Assembly: GCA_044356455.1 (NCBI GenBank)
Contig: JBIKWF010000003.1
Span: forward strand, 60,413 to 124,412
DNA: 64,000 nt
Reading direction: 5' to 3'
Source of the DNA: Bdellovibrionota bacterium
Lineage (GTDB): Bacteria > Bdellovibrionota_C > UBA2361 > JBGSMV01
The first letter of the stretch is position 1, and each line of letters starts with the position of its first letter. Positions 9,674-18,427 of this stretch are shown here, piece after piece. Under the pieces are notes generated by a model. That model saw nothing but the letters and a program-made list of their open reading frames with translations. It searched no databases and had not been told where the DNA came from. Position numbers and translations under genes: made by a program.

Positions 9674-10489
9674 CTATCCGCCCTGCACCGTAAGGCGCTC
9701 TGCGGCGCATCTCCAAAGAAATACTCCCATGAACTGCAGAGCGGCAATCCACACCACTTGCTCGAAGAGCACGCTCCAAAGCTGCGCGGGGTCAATCTTC
9801 CCAAGATAAACTTGCATCGGGAGGAAGGTGATGAGCTGAAAGGGTAAAAGCCTGAGAAGCTCCTCGGCCCAACCAGGGAAAAAGCTTAAAGGGAGAAGGA
9901 GCCCTGACAATAGTTGCAATACAAAATGCTTGGCCTGAATCAGTGAGGAAATAGATTTGGTAAAGAAGGCCACGAGCCCTACAAGAAAGTTTATCTGCGC
10001 AAAGATAAGAAAGCCCACGAACGTAGAGAACGCGAAAAGAGCGGCGTGAAAAGCGGAGGCTGGCAATGCCACGTCAAAAAAAGGCAGCACCACGAACAAA
10101 ATAGGAACGGTGAAGAAGATAAACCGAAAGAGAAATTCGCCAAAACCTTGGGCCAACATCAACATCTGAAAACTTAAGGGGCGAAGCAGATACACACTCA
10201 CTTGACCGCTACGCACCATCTCATCAATGTCCCAATCCAGGTTCGAGAAACACAGGCTTCGGGAAATCCAGGCTATCACGACATAGGTAACCATCTCGTG
10301 AAGAGTATAACCGTTAATTTGGGTGTCCGAATCGCTATGAGCAAAAACTGCTTGCCAGATAAAATACTGGATAGAGATATAGAGAAGATACGTGAGAATT
10401 CCCGTCACATACCGCAGGCGATAGGCCAACATCCCAAGTAGAGAGGACCGAACAAAAGCGATATAGGGACTCATCGTCTCGGTTTTCAT
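9674..10489 (-). CDS. ABC-2 family transporter permease
   Basis: LAYR, VRSGQVSVYLLRP, LSGLLLPLSFFP, LPFQ; multi-TM; directly downstream of an ABC ATPase. Confidence 0.87.
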   Translation of the reverse strand: MKTETMSPYIAFVRSSLLGMLAYRLRYVTGILTYLLYISIQYFIWQAVFAHSDSDTQINGYTLHEMVTYVVIAWISRSLCFSNLDWDIDEMVRSGQVSVYLLRPLSFQMLMLAQGFGEFLFRFIFFTVPILFVVLPFFDVALPASAFHAALFAFSTFVGFLIFAQINFLVGLVAFFTKSISSLIQAKHFVLQLLSGLLLPLSFFPGWAEELLRLLPFQLITFLPMQVYLGKIDPAQLWSVLFEQVVWIAALQFMGVFLWRCAAERLTVQGG

Positions 10490-10490
10490 A

Positions 10491-11534
10491 TCAGCTCGCC
10501 GGCGGCATTCCGTCTTTATAGATTCGAATGAGGATATCCTCGATGGAAGCCTCGCTCACTGACAAATCAGCAATCGGAAGTGTCTCCACCATCGTCCGCA
10601 CCACTTCAATGGTGGCATGTTCTTGCGGGATGAAATCGACAAAAATTTTATTACCCTCTACGCGAATACTTGCTTTCTCAAGCTTTGCCTGTAGTGGGGC
10701 GGTGGCTATAGAACCGGCACACTGAGCGATCACCGATCGTTTTACCCCCGGTAGACTTCGAATTTGCTCAAGACTGCCGTCGTAGACAAGTTTACCGTGA
10801 TCAATGATGACAATGCGCTCGCAGAGCTCTTCGATTTCGGTCAAGTCATGCGTCGTCAGAATGATGGTAGTGCCGAGTTCCCGATTAATCTTCTTTAAAA
10901 AAGCCCTGATGCTTGTTTTCGCAACCGCATCAACTCCGATGGTGGGTTCATCAAGGAATAGAAGCTCAGGCCCATGCAGGAGACTCGCCGCAAGGTCGCT
11001 TCGCAAGCGTTGCCCGAGGGAGAGTTTACGAACTGGAGTATGTAGAAATTCCCCAAGTTCAAGAATCTCAGTCAGCTGCTCAAGGCGCCTCTTATAATCG
11101 GCTAAAGGCACGCGGTAGATATTCCCCAGCAGGTTAAAGGATTCAATGACCGCAATGTCCCACCACAACTGAGTTCTTTGGCCAAAAACTACTCCGATAT
11201 GAGAGCAATAGCGCTTGCGGTCACGGTACGGATGAAAGCCTAAACATTGCATGTCACCTGAGCTCGGCTTCAGGATGCCGGTGAGCATCTTAATGGTGGT
11301 CGACTTCCCTGCTCCATTAGGACCGATGAATCCGACAATTTCTCCTCGCGGGACCCCGAAAGAGAGCTGCTCAACTGCGTTCAGGCTCTTATACTCGCGG
11401 TGAAAGAGATCCTTCACTCCTCCCCAAATGCCCTCTCGGCGCGCAAAAGTTCGAAAGGACTTTGAGAGAGCGCTGACTGAAACGGCAAGGCTCGAGGAAT
11501 CAGGGGAGGGAAGCTGCCGAGACTCAATATTCAT
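10491..11534 (-). CDS. ABC transporter ATP-binding protein (DrrA/NatA-like exporter)
   Basis: Walker A GPNGAGKS, signature LSLGQ, Walker B LFLDEPT, H-loop TTH. Confidence 0.95.
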   Translation of the reverse strand: MNIESRQLPSPDSSSLAVSVSALSKSFRTFARREGIWGGVKDLFHREYKSLNAVEQLSFGVPRGEIVGFIGPNGAGKSTTIKMLTGILKPSSGDMQCLGFHPYRDRKRYCSHIGVVFGQRTQLWWDIAVIESFNLLGNIYRVPLADYKRRLEQLTEILELGEFLHTPVRKLSLGQRLRSDLAASLLHGPELLFLDEPTIGVDAVAKTSIRAFLKKINRELGTTIILTTHDLTEIEELCERIVIIDHGKLVYDGSLEQIRSLPGVKRSVIAQCAGSIATAPLQAKLEKASIRVEGNKIFVDFIPQEHATIEVVRTMVETLPIADLSVSEASIEDILIRIYKDGMPPAS

Positions 11535-11763
11535 GAAAATGCCGAAAATGAGGGTGCCAGAATTAAGCGCGAGGGCTTCCTTGTAACAGAAACCGAGGGT
11601 ACTTGCGAAGGAAGCTCTTAAAAACCCCCTTCTTAGGGCAATCTTAAAAGCTCGCTCAATGAGACGGGGCGCGGCAAGCCCTACCCAGAGAGTCTCTCAT
11701 GACACACGACCATTGATTTGGCATGATGACTCACCCCAAGGCTCCAACCTTCGAACACCGCGT

Positions 11764-14064
11764 ATGGCACAAGCAACTACATTTGCAAAAGCATCGAGAG
11801 CCACCTCTCGGACCGCTGGTGCAAAGCATTCGGCGGAAGAGGCGCCTTTTATTCTCTTATGTAGAACAAGATGGGTCTGGGAGCTTCAAGCCCTCGCTGG
11901 ACTTCTTATCCTCGTGCTTGCAAGTCGCTTCGCTGTCTTCTCTCAACTCTCTACCCACATCCTTGGGGGCGCGGAGCGTGATGCAGGTCTGTACCTTTGG
12001 CTCGTGGAGCTCCATCAAAAAGCTCTCTTCACCGAACCCTGGTTCAATACTCCTGCGTTTTACCCCTACAGTCTCAGCCTAGGATGGAGTGATAACTTCC
12101 TCCTTCCTAGCCTTGCGCTATGGCCTGCTCTCGCACTCGGCGCCTCGCCAATCGTCTGCTACAACTTACTCCTTCTCCTCGCCCAGCTCCTTAATGGCTA
12201 TGCCACACACCAACTTGTCTTCAAGTTGACCGGGAATCGCGCCGCCTCATTTCTTTCAGGAGCTGCCTTTCTCCTTTGCCCTGCGCTTACCGCGCACCTT
12301 GGTCACCCCCAACTTCAGTTTTTCTTTTTCATACCCTGGGGGCTACTCGCCTTCTTTTCATTTCTCGCCTCCCCCTCACTGGTCCGAGGGATAACTCTCT
12401 CGCTCGTGGTTGTTGGCGCGTTTCTTACCACTGTCTACTACTCAGTTTTTCTTTGCTTGCTAATCCTCATTCTTACGATTGGCATAGCCGCCCTTAGGCC
12501 CAAGAGAATACTGAAGCAAGTAACCGCTCCCGGACTAGGAGGCTTACTTCTCGGCGCGCTTCCCCTGCTACCTTTCCTTCCGCCCTACCTTGCAGTTCAA
12601 GGAACCTTTGGCGAGCGCTTTTTGCATGAGCCCTTTTTCTTTTCCGCAAATGCACTCTCATTTGTGGCAAGCTCTCCTTTTAGCCTTCTTTTAAGTGCAA
12701 CATCTTCCTTGAGCCACTCAGAGGCTCAGCTCTATGGAAGCATTGCGCTCTGCCTACTCTTTGTTCTTGGACTCACCCAGGCCTTTGCTACGAAACATCT
12801 CGTTAACCAGGCAATTGCGGTCGGCGCTTCACTTCTTCTCACCCTCATTGCCTCTGTGCCCTCGCTCACGCCTCTCTCACCTCTCACCACCGATTTTATT
12901 TGCGCCATCGGAACGTGGTGCAGCGCGGTTGCCATCATTTGGTTCCTTGTTTCCCTAGGAAGACTCGAAAGAGTAAGTGCGACTACCTTTCTTAGTAATA
13001 GAGCTCTGCTTGCTCTTTTCGGAGCAGCTGCGCTTATTCTTCTTCTTATTTCGTTCGGCCCACGCGGCTATTCTGAGGCCGGCCCCGCGATTGCCCTGTA
13101 CCGCTTCTGGTACGAAGTCATGCCTGGATTTAGCGCGGCGCGTGCCGTAGGGCGCCTCGGATTGGTCGTGATCTTCCTCTTTTATGTGGGCGCAGGCTTA
13201 AGCTTTGCCTTCTTGCAGCGGAGAACCAACTTCCCCTCCGGCGTTGCAGTTATCCTTCTCGCCATTGTGTCGTTTGAGAGTACTGTTCGCGACTATCCCC
13301 TTGAAGAACCTCCTGCGCCCCCTCAGATCTTTGATGAAGCTGCGCTGCGGGTAAAGCCGGGAGAGTCTCTTGTCGTACTCCCCTTCTCCGGCTCTTTGAC
13401 GGAAGACCGGCAGGTAAAGAGTTGGAGTGAATTTGCTCGCCTGCAAGTTAACGCCATGCGCTGGGCACTGCCAAAGAATCTGAGAATAGTGAACGGATAT
13501 AGCGGCCAGAGAACAAAACTCATGCGCGAATGGCCAGGGCGTCTGGCGAATTTTCCCTCTGCAGAAGCGCTTAAAAGTTTGTCTGAGCTTGTAGGGCTTA
13601 GGTTTGTTATCGTCCTCCGCCGCTATATGTCGCCCGACGCACTCACGTCTCTGGATGAGCGGCTCACTGAGTTTGGAAGTTCACTAAGAAAAGTTGCTAC
13701 CGATCCTGAGGGAAACATTCTCATTGAGTATATCGGCACCCGAGTGCTCGATACCGACGGGGCTATTTTGCTTGCACCGAGTTACCCGTCTGGCGTCGTA
13801 ACGTTGGAGCTGTCTGCCGTGCCAGTTGCTGGCCTCAAAGAACTCACGGTAATCGTGCGAAATCTCGAAGATCCGATCGCTCCTCCACTTTCAAAGTTCC
13901 CACTTCCAACCAATGGGTCTTGGCAAGAGAAATCATTTCGTATCGGCAATGACTCGTATGCGGTGAGTCCCATTCGAATTGGGATAAAAGTCGAGGGGGA
14001 TCTCCCGCCACTTCGATCGATATATATAAGGCGCAGTGTCTATGAAAATGGAGCAGCGCAGTAG
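11764..14064 (+). CDS. Polytopic membrane protein, GT-C/YfhO-like glycosyltransferase
   Basis: Acidic loop after TM1 (ERDAGLYLW), FYPYSLSLGWSD, HLGHPQL, many TM helices, IVNGYSG in the extracytoplasmic C-terminal part. Start uncertain (11659 or 11764). Confidence 0.65.
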   Translation: MAQATTFAKASRATSRTAGAKHSAEEAPFILLCRTRWVWELQALAGLLILVLASRFAVFSQLSTHILGGAERDAGLYLWLVELHQKALFTEPWFNTPAFYPYSLSLGWSDNFLLPSLALWPALALGASPIVCYNLLLLLAQLLNGYATHQLVFKLTGNRAASFLSGAAFLLCPALTAHLGHPQLQFFFFIPWGLLAFFSFLASPSLVRGITLSLVVVGAFLTTVYYSVFLCLLILILTIGIAALRPKRILKQVTAPGLGGLLLGALPLLPFLPPYLAVQGTFGERFLHEPFFFSANALSFVASSPFSLLLSATSSLSHSEAQLYGSIALCLLFVLGLTQAFATKHLVNQAIAVGASLLLTLIASVPSLTPLSPLTTDFICAIGTWCSAVAIIWFLVSLGRLERVSATTFLSNRALLALFGAAALILLLISFGPRGYSEAGPAIALYRFWYEVMPGFSAARAVGRLGLVVIFLFYVGAGLSFAFLQRRTNFPSGVAVILLAIVSFESTVRDYPLEEPPAPPQIFDEAALRVKPGESLVVLPFSGSLTEDRQVKSWSEFARLQVNAMRWALPKNLRIVNGYSGQRTKLMREWPGRLANFPSAEALKSLSELVGLRFVIVLRRYMSPDALTSLDERLTEFGSSLRKVATDPEGNILIEYIGTRVLDTDGAILLAPSYPSGVVTLELSAVPVAGLKELTVIVRNLEDPIAPPLSKFPLPTNGSWQEKSFRIGNDSYAVSPIRIGIKVEGDLPPLRSIYIRRSVYENGAAQ

Positions 14065-14084
14065 GAGCGCCCATCGAGGTGCAA

Positions 14085-14402
14085 CTACGCAGCCTTTTGG
14101 CGTTTCCCTGAATCCCGCTTTTCCGGAGCTACCGAGAGCTTAAGACCAAATATTTTCAAGATTCGGTTCAAGCTCGATAGAGTGGGATTGTGTGATGGAT
14201 TGATGGTGCGATGTACGTTAGATGACGCCATCCGCGCCTTAGCTGCAAATTCCTTTAAGCCATAGGCGCGTACTGCTTTCGCGAGTACCCTTTGAAGAGG
14301 GAGCCCATCGGCAATTGCAGCCAATATGAACTCTCGAGCGATCTCTGGTTTTTTAAGATCCTGGGCAAGCCCTTCGTTCCAATCAGCGGTTCTACGTGCC
14401 AT
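14085..14402 (-). CDS. HTH antitoxin (addiction module antidote, HigA-like)
   Basis: LKKPEIAREFI, GLKEFAAKARM, NPTLSSLNRILKIFGLKL; overlaps the toxin stop. Confidence 0.85.
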   Translation of the reverse strand: MARRTADWNEGLAQDLKKPEIAREFILAAIADGLPLQRVLAKAVRAYGLKEFAAKARMASSNVHRTINPSHNPTLSSLNRILKIFGLKLSVAPEKRDSGKRQKAA

Positions 14403-14733
14403 TCGATCTTCTCTCCTGATATGCTAACCAATAGCGACGTGCCTGGATAATATCCCTTCGTTGGCTTCGCTTGTCGCCTCCACAAAGTAACAAGACGAGT
14501 AGTTTGCCGCGCCTTCCGAAGTAAACCCGAATACCTGGCCCCGAATGGAAGCGGAACTCCTGCACTCCATGCCCTACGGGGCGGGTATCACCAAGATTTC
14601 CCATCTCGGCTCTTAGTAGTCTGGCATGAACCTGCGCAACTACTTGTGGGTGCTGGGCGCTTAGCCAATCTCGAAAAGGGTTAAAACCCTCTGGCGTGAC
14701 ATATTCACGAATGCTCAACTCATTAATTATCAT
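14392..14733 (-). CDS. RelE/ParE-superfamily toxin (addiction module killer, HigB-like)
   Basis: PFRDWL, GNLGDTRPVGHGVQEFR, GPGIRVYF, LLLCGGDKRSQRRDI. Confidence 0.9.
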   Translation of the reverse strand: MIINELSIREYVTPEGFNPFRDWLSAQHPQVVAQVHARLLRAEMGNLGDTRPVGHGVQEFRFHSGPGIRVYFGRRGKLLVLLLCGGDKRSQRRDIIQARRYWLAYQERRSNGT

Positions 14734-14820
14734 ATTTGATAAGTTTTGTGAAGAACTCCCGAATTGGCCGATTGAGACCCATGGTTATCGTGGCTTTCGC
14801 TAGAGAGTTTCGTGCAGAGA

Positions 14821-14964
14821 CCCCACAGGCCTGACCCTGCGGGGACACCCAGTCAATGGTGGGCCGCCCTTCCGGCACACCGATCGTTGCTTGGTAATTT
14901 CAGTGGGTTAGCCAGGGCAACGACGGCTGAGGCTTGGGGACCTTGGCGGAATGTGGGTGTCCCC
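14821..14964. repeat. Long nested inverted-repeat element (REP/MITE-like or structured RNA)
   Basis: ggggacaccca (14841-14851)/tgggtgtcccc (14954-14964) outer arms; inner ccgcc/ggcgg and tcgttgc/gcaacga pairs. Confidence 0.6.
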
Positions 14965-15138
14965 ACCTATTCCTATAAGAGTGTCGGCGCCAATACCGCT
15001 CAAAGGACAAGTGCGCCATCAGCATTATCCTATAGATTTCAGATGCTTATGCACAGGCACGCGCCATTGCCTATCATTTTATATAGCCATTTTATAAAAT
15101 GCGTTGCATTTTCGCTAATGACTGAATAAAATGCACGA

Positions 15139-16389
15139 ATGAATCTTCAGAAGCTTGTCGAGATGAGCGAACTCGCGAAGCAGTTCGGCGGTCAGTCCAA
15201 TCGTCGACGAGACCTATTTCCCCGCTTGCTTGCTCACCGAGACCGCACATTTCCAGCACTCCTGGGTCCACGCGGCGTGGGGAAAACCATTCTGCTGAAA
15301 CAGCTGCATGCTGCCAGCGCCGACTCCATCTATATATCCGTCGATACACTAGATCGTGAAGTGGATCTGTTTGAGATAATTCGGCAACTGAGCTCCGAGT
15401 TCCGGTTCAAGCGATTCTTCCTTGATGAAGTTCACTTTCTTCCTACTATCAATCAACACCTGAAAATGATCTTCGACACCCTTTCCGTCGAGGTCACGTT
15501 CACGAGTTCGATCGCGCTCAAATTAGTAGAGTCAGCCTACGATCTTTCTCGTCGTGTAAAATTAGTATCCGTCCCCCCATTTTCGTATCGCGAATTCCTC
15601 TCATTTAATGGCTACCATGTCCCTGCGCCGCTCTCGTGGCCTGAATTGATGCGAGCAGAGTTTGGATCCGAGCATATCGCAGGGGGCGCTCGATTTCGGG
15701 AGTATCTACGTGGGAAAAATTATCCGCTGAGCTTAGATGTGACTGATGTCCTTGGGACGCTTCGTTCAGTGCTACAAAAAATTATTAGCTCCGACATTCC
15801 AGTTCTTCAGAACGTTCAGGTGAGCGAATTGGCACTAATAGAAAAAACTTTTCAGTTTATCGCGCGCTCACCGGTCTCCGACATCGGCCCCTCAAGTGTG
15901 AGTAGAAACGTGGGCATTACAAACTACAAAGCCCAGCAGTATTTAAAATTACTAGAGCAGGCCTTTGTGGTTCATCAAGTGTATCCGAATGGAACCAACG
16001 TCCTGCGCGAGCCAAAGGTCCTGCTAACGCTCCCCTTTCGCTTGCTCGAGCTCGATGAAGCTCGTGCCATTGGTGGCTTGCGAGAGGATTTTGCGGTCGA
16101 ATGCTTGTCCCGAACGGGAATGGCATTCACGTATCTTAAATCTCAACGAGGCGCGAAGACTCCGGACTATCTGGTTTCGCATGGCGCCGAAACATTCGTC
16201 GTAGAGATCGGCGGGGCTGGGAAAACCTCTCAGCAATTCAAGAACTCACCGAAGGATTTTCAGAAAATTATTTTTGCTGACGAGCTCAGCGCATCGGAGA
16301 GTGACGGGGACAACCAAGTCATCCGCAGGCTACCATTATTTATGCTAGGGTATCTCGAATCGCACATACAGAATGAGGGGCACCTCTAG
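15139..16389 (+). CDS. AAA_14 family ATPase with C-terminal DUF4143-like domain
   Basis: Walker A GPRGVGKT, Walker B FFLDEVH, DLSRR, C-terminal TPDYLV...VVEIGG. Confidence 0.85.
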   Translation: MNLQKLVEMSELAKQFGGQSNRRRDLFPRLLAHRDRTFPALLGPRGVGKTILLKQLHAASADSIYISVDTLDREVDLFEIIRQLSSEFRFKRFFLDEVHFLPTINQHLKMIFDTLSVEVTFTSSIALKLVESAYDLSRRVKLVSVPPFSYREFLSFNGYHVPAPLSWPELMRAEFGSEHIAGGARFREYLRGKNYPLSLDVTDVLGTLRSVLQKIISSDIPVLQNVQVSELALIEKTFQFIARSPVSDIGPSSVSRNVGITNYKAQQYLKLLEQAFVVHQVYPNGTNVLREPKVLLTLPFRLLELDEARAIGGLREDFAVECLSRTGMAFTYLKSQRGAKTPDYLVSHGAETFVVEIGGAGKTSQQFKNSPKDFQKIIFADELSASESDGDNQVIRRLPLFMLGYLESHIQNEGHL

Positions 16390-16489
16390 GCAAACTATGA
16401 AAAAATCACCCCCGCTTCCTGAAGCTCAGGTCCGCAAGAACGTTGACGCGGCTCCGGATAGAACCGTGGTAAAAAAGCTATCGGTCCTT

Positions 16490-17551
16490 ATGAAAAAACT
16501 CTCGCTCCTTCTTCTTTTTATTTTTCTTTCCCCAGTCTTTACCCTTGCTGATACACAGCCTCTAAAGGTCGGGTTACTACTTCCGCTTACCGGACCTGGA
16601 GCAACATGGGGCAAGCACCTGCAAAATGGCGCCCGACTCGCAGCGCCCAAGGGATCCTCTTTAGAGCTTATTGTCGAGGACGACCATCTCGATGCCGCAG
16701 CTGCAGTGACTGCTTACAAGAAATTAGCTGCGATAGACCAGGTACGGGCAATTCTTGTCTTTGGCTCGCAGTCGGCGCATGCCGTTGTTCCGCTTGCCGA
16801 ACGCGAGAAAATTGCCTCTCTTGTGGTAACTACTGACCCAAAGTCTGTAAAAGATACCACGCATGCGGTACGCCTTGCCCTTGGGGCAAAACCGCAAGCA
16901 GATTCTCTCCTTGGTTATTTAAAGCAACAGGGGCTCACGCGAGTCGCGCTCTTAGGCACTACTCACGAGGCAATGCTGGAGTATCTCAGTGCAATAACGG
17001 CTGCCGCGCCTGGCTATGGAGTTGATATTGTTTTCTCTCAGGATGTGCCCAAGGGAGAAACTGACTTTAGAACCACGACAGAGCGTATGCATGCTGCGAA
17101 GCCTGACGCAGTAGTGCTCTCGCTCCTTCCTCCTTCCCTCTCCACTTTTGCAAAACAATATAAACTTCGGAACTCGTCGCCACCACTATTTGCCTTCGCT
17201 CAGGCAGAAAACGCTGATGAAATAAAAGCTGCGGGCGGCGCGCTCGATGGTCTCATCTTCTCAAAGGTAGTCATTTCAGATGAATTCACGAAGACATATC
17301 TCAAAACCTACGGAGAAACTCCTCAATCTTATGCTGCCTACTCATTCGACCTCATCACCTTGCTTAAGCAGGCTTATGCAAAGTCCGGAGATGTAGAGCG
17401 GGCGATTTCGGCAATGAGAGCGGAGCAAAACTTTTCGGGAGCTTGTGGCACCATCAGTGCGGGATCAAATTTTGCGTTTGAACCTCAGGCGCAACTCGTG
17501 AAGGTTGCGGGAGATACGTTGAGTTTGGTTTCCCAACCTGCCAGCAAATAA
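16490..17551 (+). CDS. Periplasmic substrate-binding protein, LivJ/LivK-like family
   Basis: Signal peptide MKKLSLLLLF..., KVGLLLPLTGP, LIVEDD, ETDFRT, YAAYSFD. No cognate permease nearby. Confidence 0.85.
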   Translation: MKKLSLLLLFIFLSPVFTLADTQPLKVGLLLPLTGPGATWGKHLQNGARLAAPKGSSLELIVEDDHLDAAAAVTAYKKLAAIDQVRAILVFGSQSAHAVVPLAEREKIASLVVTTDPKSVKDTTHAVRLALGAKPQADSLLGYLKQQGLTRVALLGTTHEAMLEYLSAITAAAPGYGVDIVFSQDVPKGETDFRTTTERMHAAKPDAVVLSLLPPSLSTFAKQYKLRNSSPPLFAFAQAENADEIKAAGGALDGLIFSKVVISDEFTKTYLKTYGETPQSYAAYSFDLITLLKQAYAKSGDVERAISAMRAEQNFSGACGTISAGSNFAFEPQAQLVKVAGDTLSLVSQPASK

Positions 17552-17573
17552 TGCCGTTATGGGCGTGAGCAGA

Positions 17574-17625
17574 GCGGTTGCGAGGGTCAGAATTTAGTTC
17601 TAAATCCCACTACCTTCGCAACCGC
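17574..17625. terminator. Stem-loop between convergent genes
   Basis: gcggttgcgagggt pairs with accttcgcaaccgc; inner atttag/ctaaat pair. No clear U-tract. Confidence 0.55.
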
Positions 17626-17646
17626 CGCCTTATCTCTTGCCCTTAA

Positions 17647-18081
17647 TTAACGAGCATCAAAAGTCAATTCGCATCGAATGCCCTCTGGGTCCTGAACCTG
17701 GGCGCCGCTATGCGAAAGCGCAATACGAGCGCCGACACGTGCGACATTATATCCGGAAGCTCGAATCTCTTCTCTCTCTGCTCCTCGCCCGAACCCAACC
17801 GCGAGCTCACTCACGGTCACAAGATCTCCTGCGAGAAAGAGCTCAACATCTAGGCTGACGGGAACTCCAGTCCTATCCATCTTACCCAGTACTTCCGTCT
17901 CCAGCGCGTAGCCTTGAAGATTATCGGAAGAATCGAAAATCGGGTCGAGCTCGACTTCAGCTTCCATTCTGCCATCATCCTCACTGTGACATGTCAAAGT
18001 AGCAGAGCTGGCAAAAGCCGTTCCAGTTACCAAAAAGATCGATGCGAGAACTCCGAACACATTGCACATAATATTTTTCAT
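17647..18081 (-). CDS. Secreted hypothetical protein
   Basis: GGAGG SD, signal peptide ending AFA, acidic beta-rich mature region with one Cys near each end. Confidence 0.7.
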   Translation of the reverse strand: MKNIMCNVFGVLASIFLVTGTAFASSATLTCHSEDDGRMEAEVELDPIFDSSDNLQGYALETEVLGKMDRTGVPVSLDVELFLAGDLVTVSELAVGFGRGAEREEIRASGYNVARVGARIALSHSGAQVQDPEGIRCELTFDAR

Positions 18082-18101
18082 AACAGAACCTCCAGCTAAC
18101 C

Positions 18102-18116
18102 TTATAATTATTATAA
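18102..18116. promoter_or_regulatory. Perfect 7-1-7 palindrome TTATAATtATTATAA (PerR/Fur-family box), containing a TATAAT -10 element
   Basis: Exact match to the Bacillus subtilis Per box consensus TTATAATnATTATAA, 20 bp upstream of the ATG at 18081. Confidence 0.6.
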
Positions 18117-18427
18117 AAATGGGACCGGCACCTCTGCGACAGATACCTACTCAATGAGTTTTCATTGCGGCTCTTGTTTTCAGAGACTGGAGGGAAGAGA
18201 TGGCAAGAGCGGTGCCAGGCGCCCGGCTCCCGGGGCGCTCGGAGGTGACCAATAAATTGGTTCCCATTTTTCGGCACCATTAAAACGATCTATAAAAATA
18301 GCGGCTAAGGCACTGATATTAGAGCTTTTTATATGTTCGACATGATGCCGCTTTGCGGCATTTATTATCGATGCTAGGCGCCGAAAGCACAGGCACCCTC
18401 CGCAAGGATCCCTCGGCCCACCTCAAA

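Noticed and set aside
14821..14964. SRP RNA, tRNA or known riboswitch
   Set aside because: No SRP GGAA-loop motif, cloverleaf, or TPP/SAM/cobalamin core recognised; kept only as an unassigned structure.
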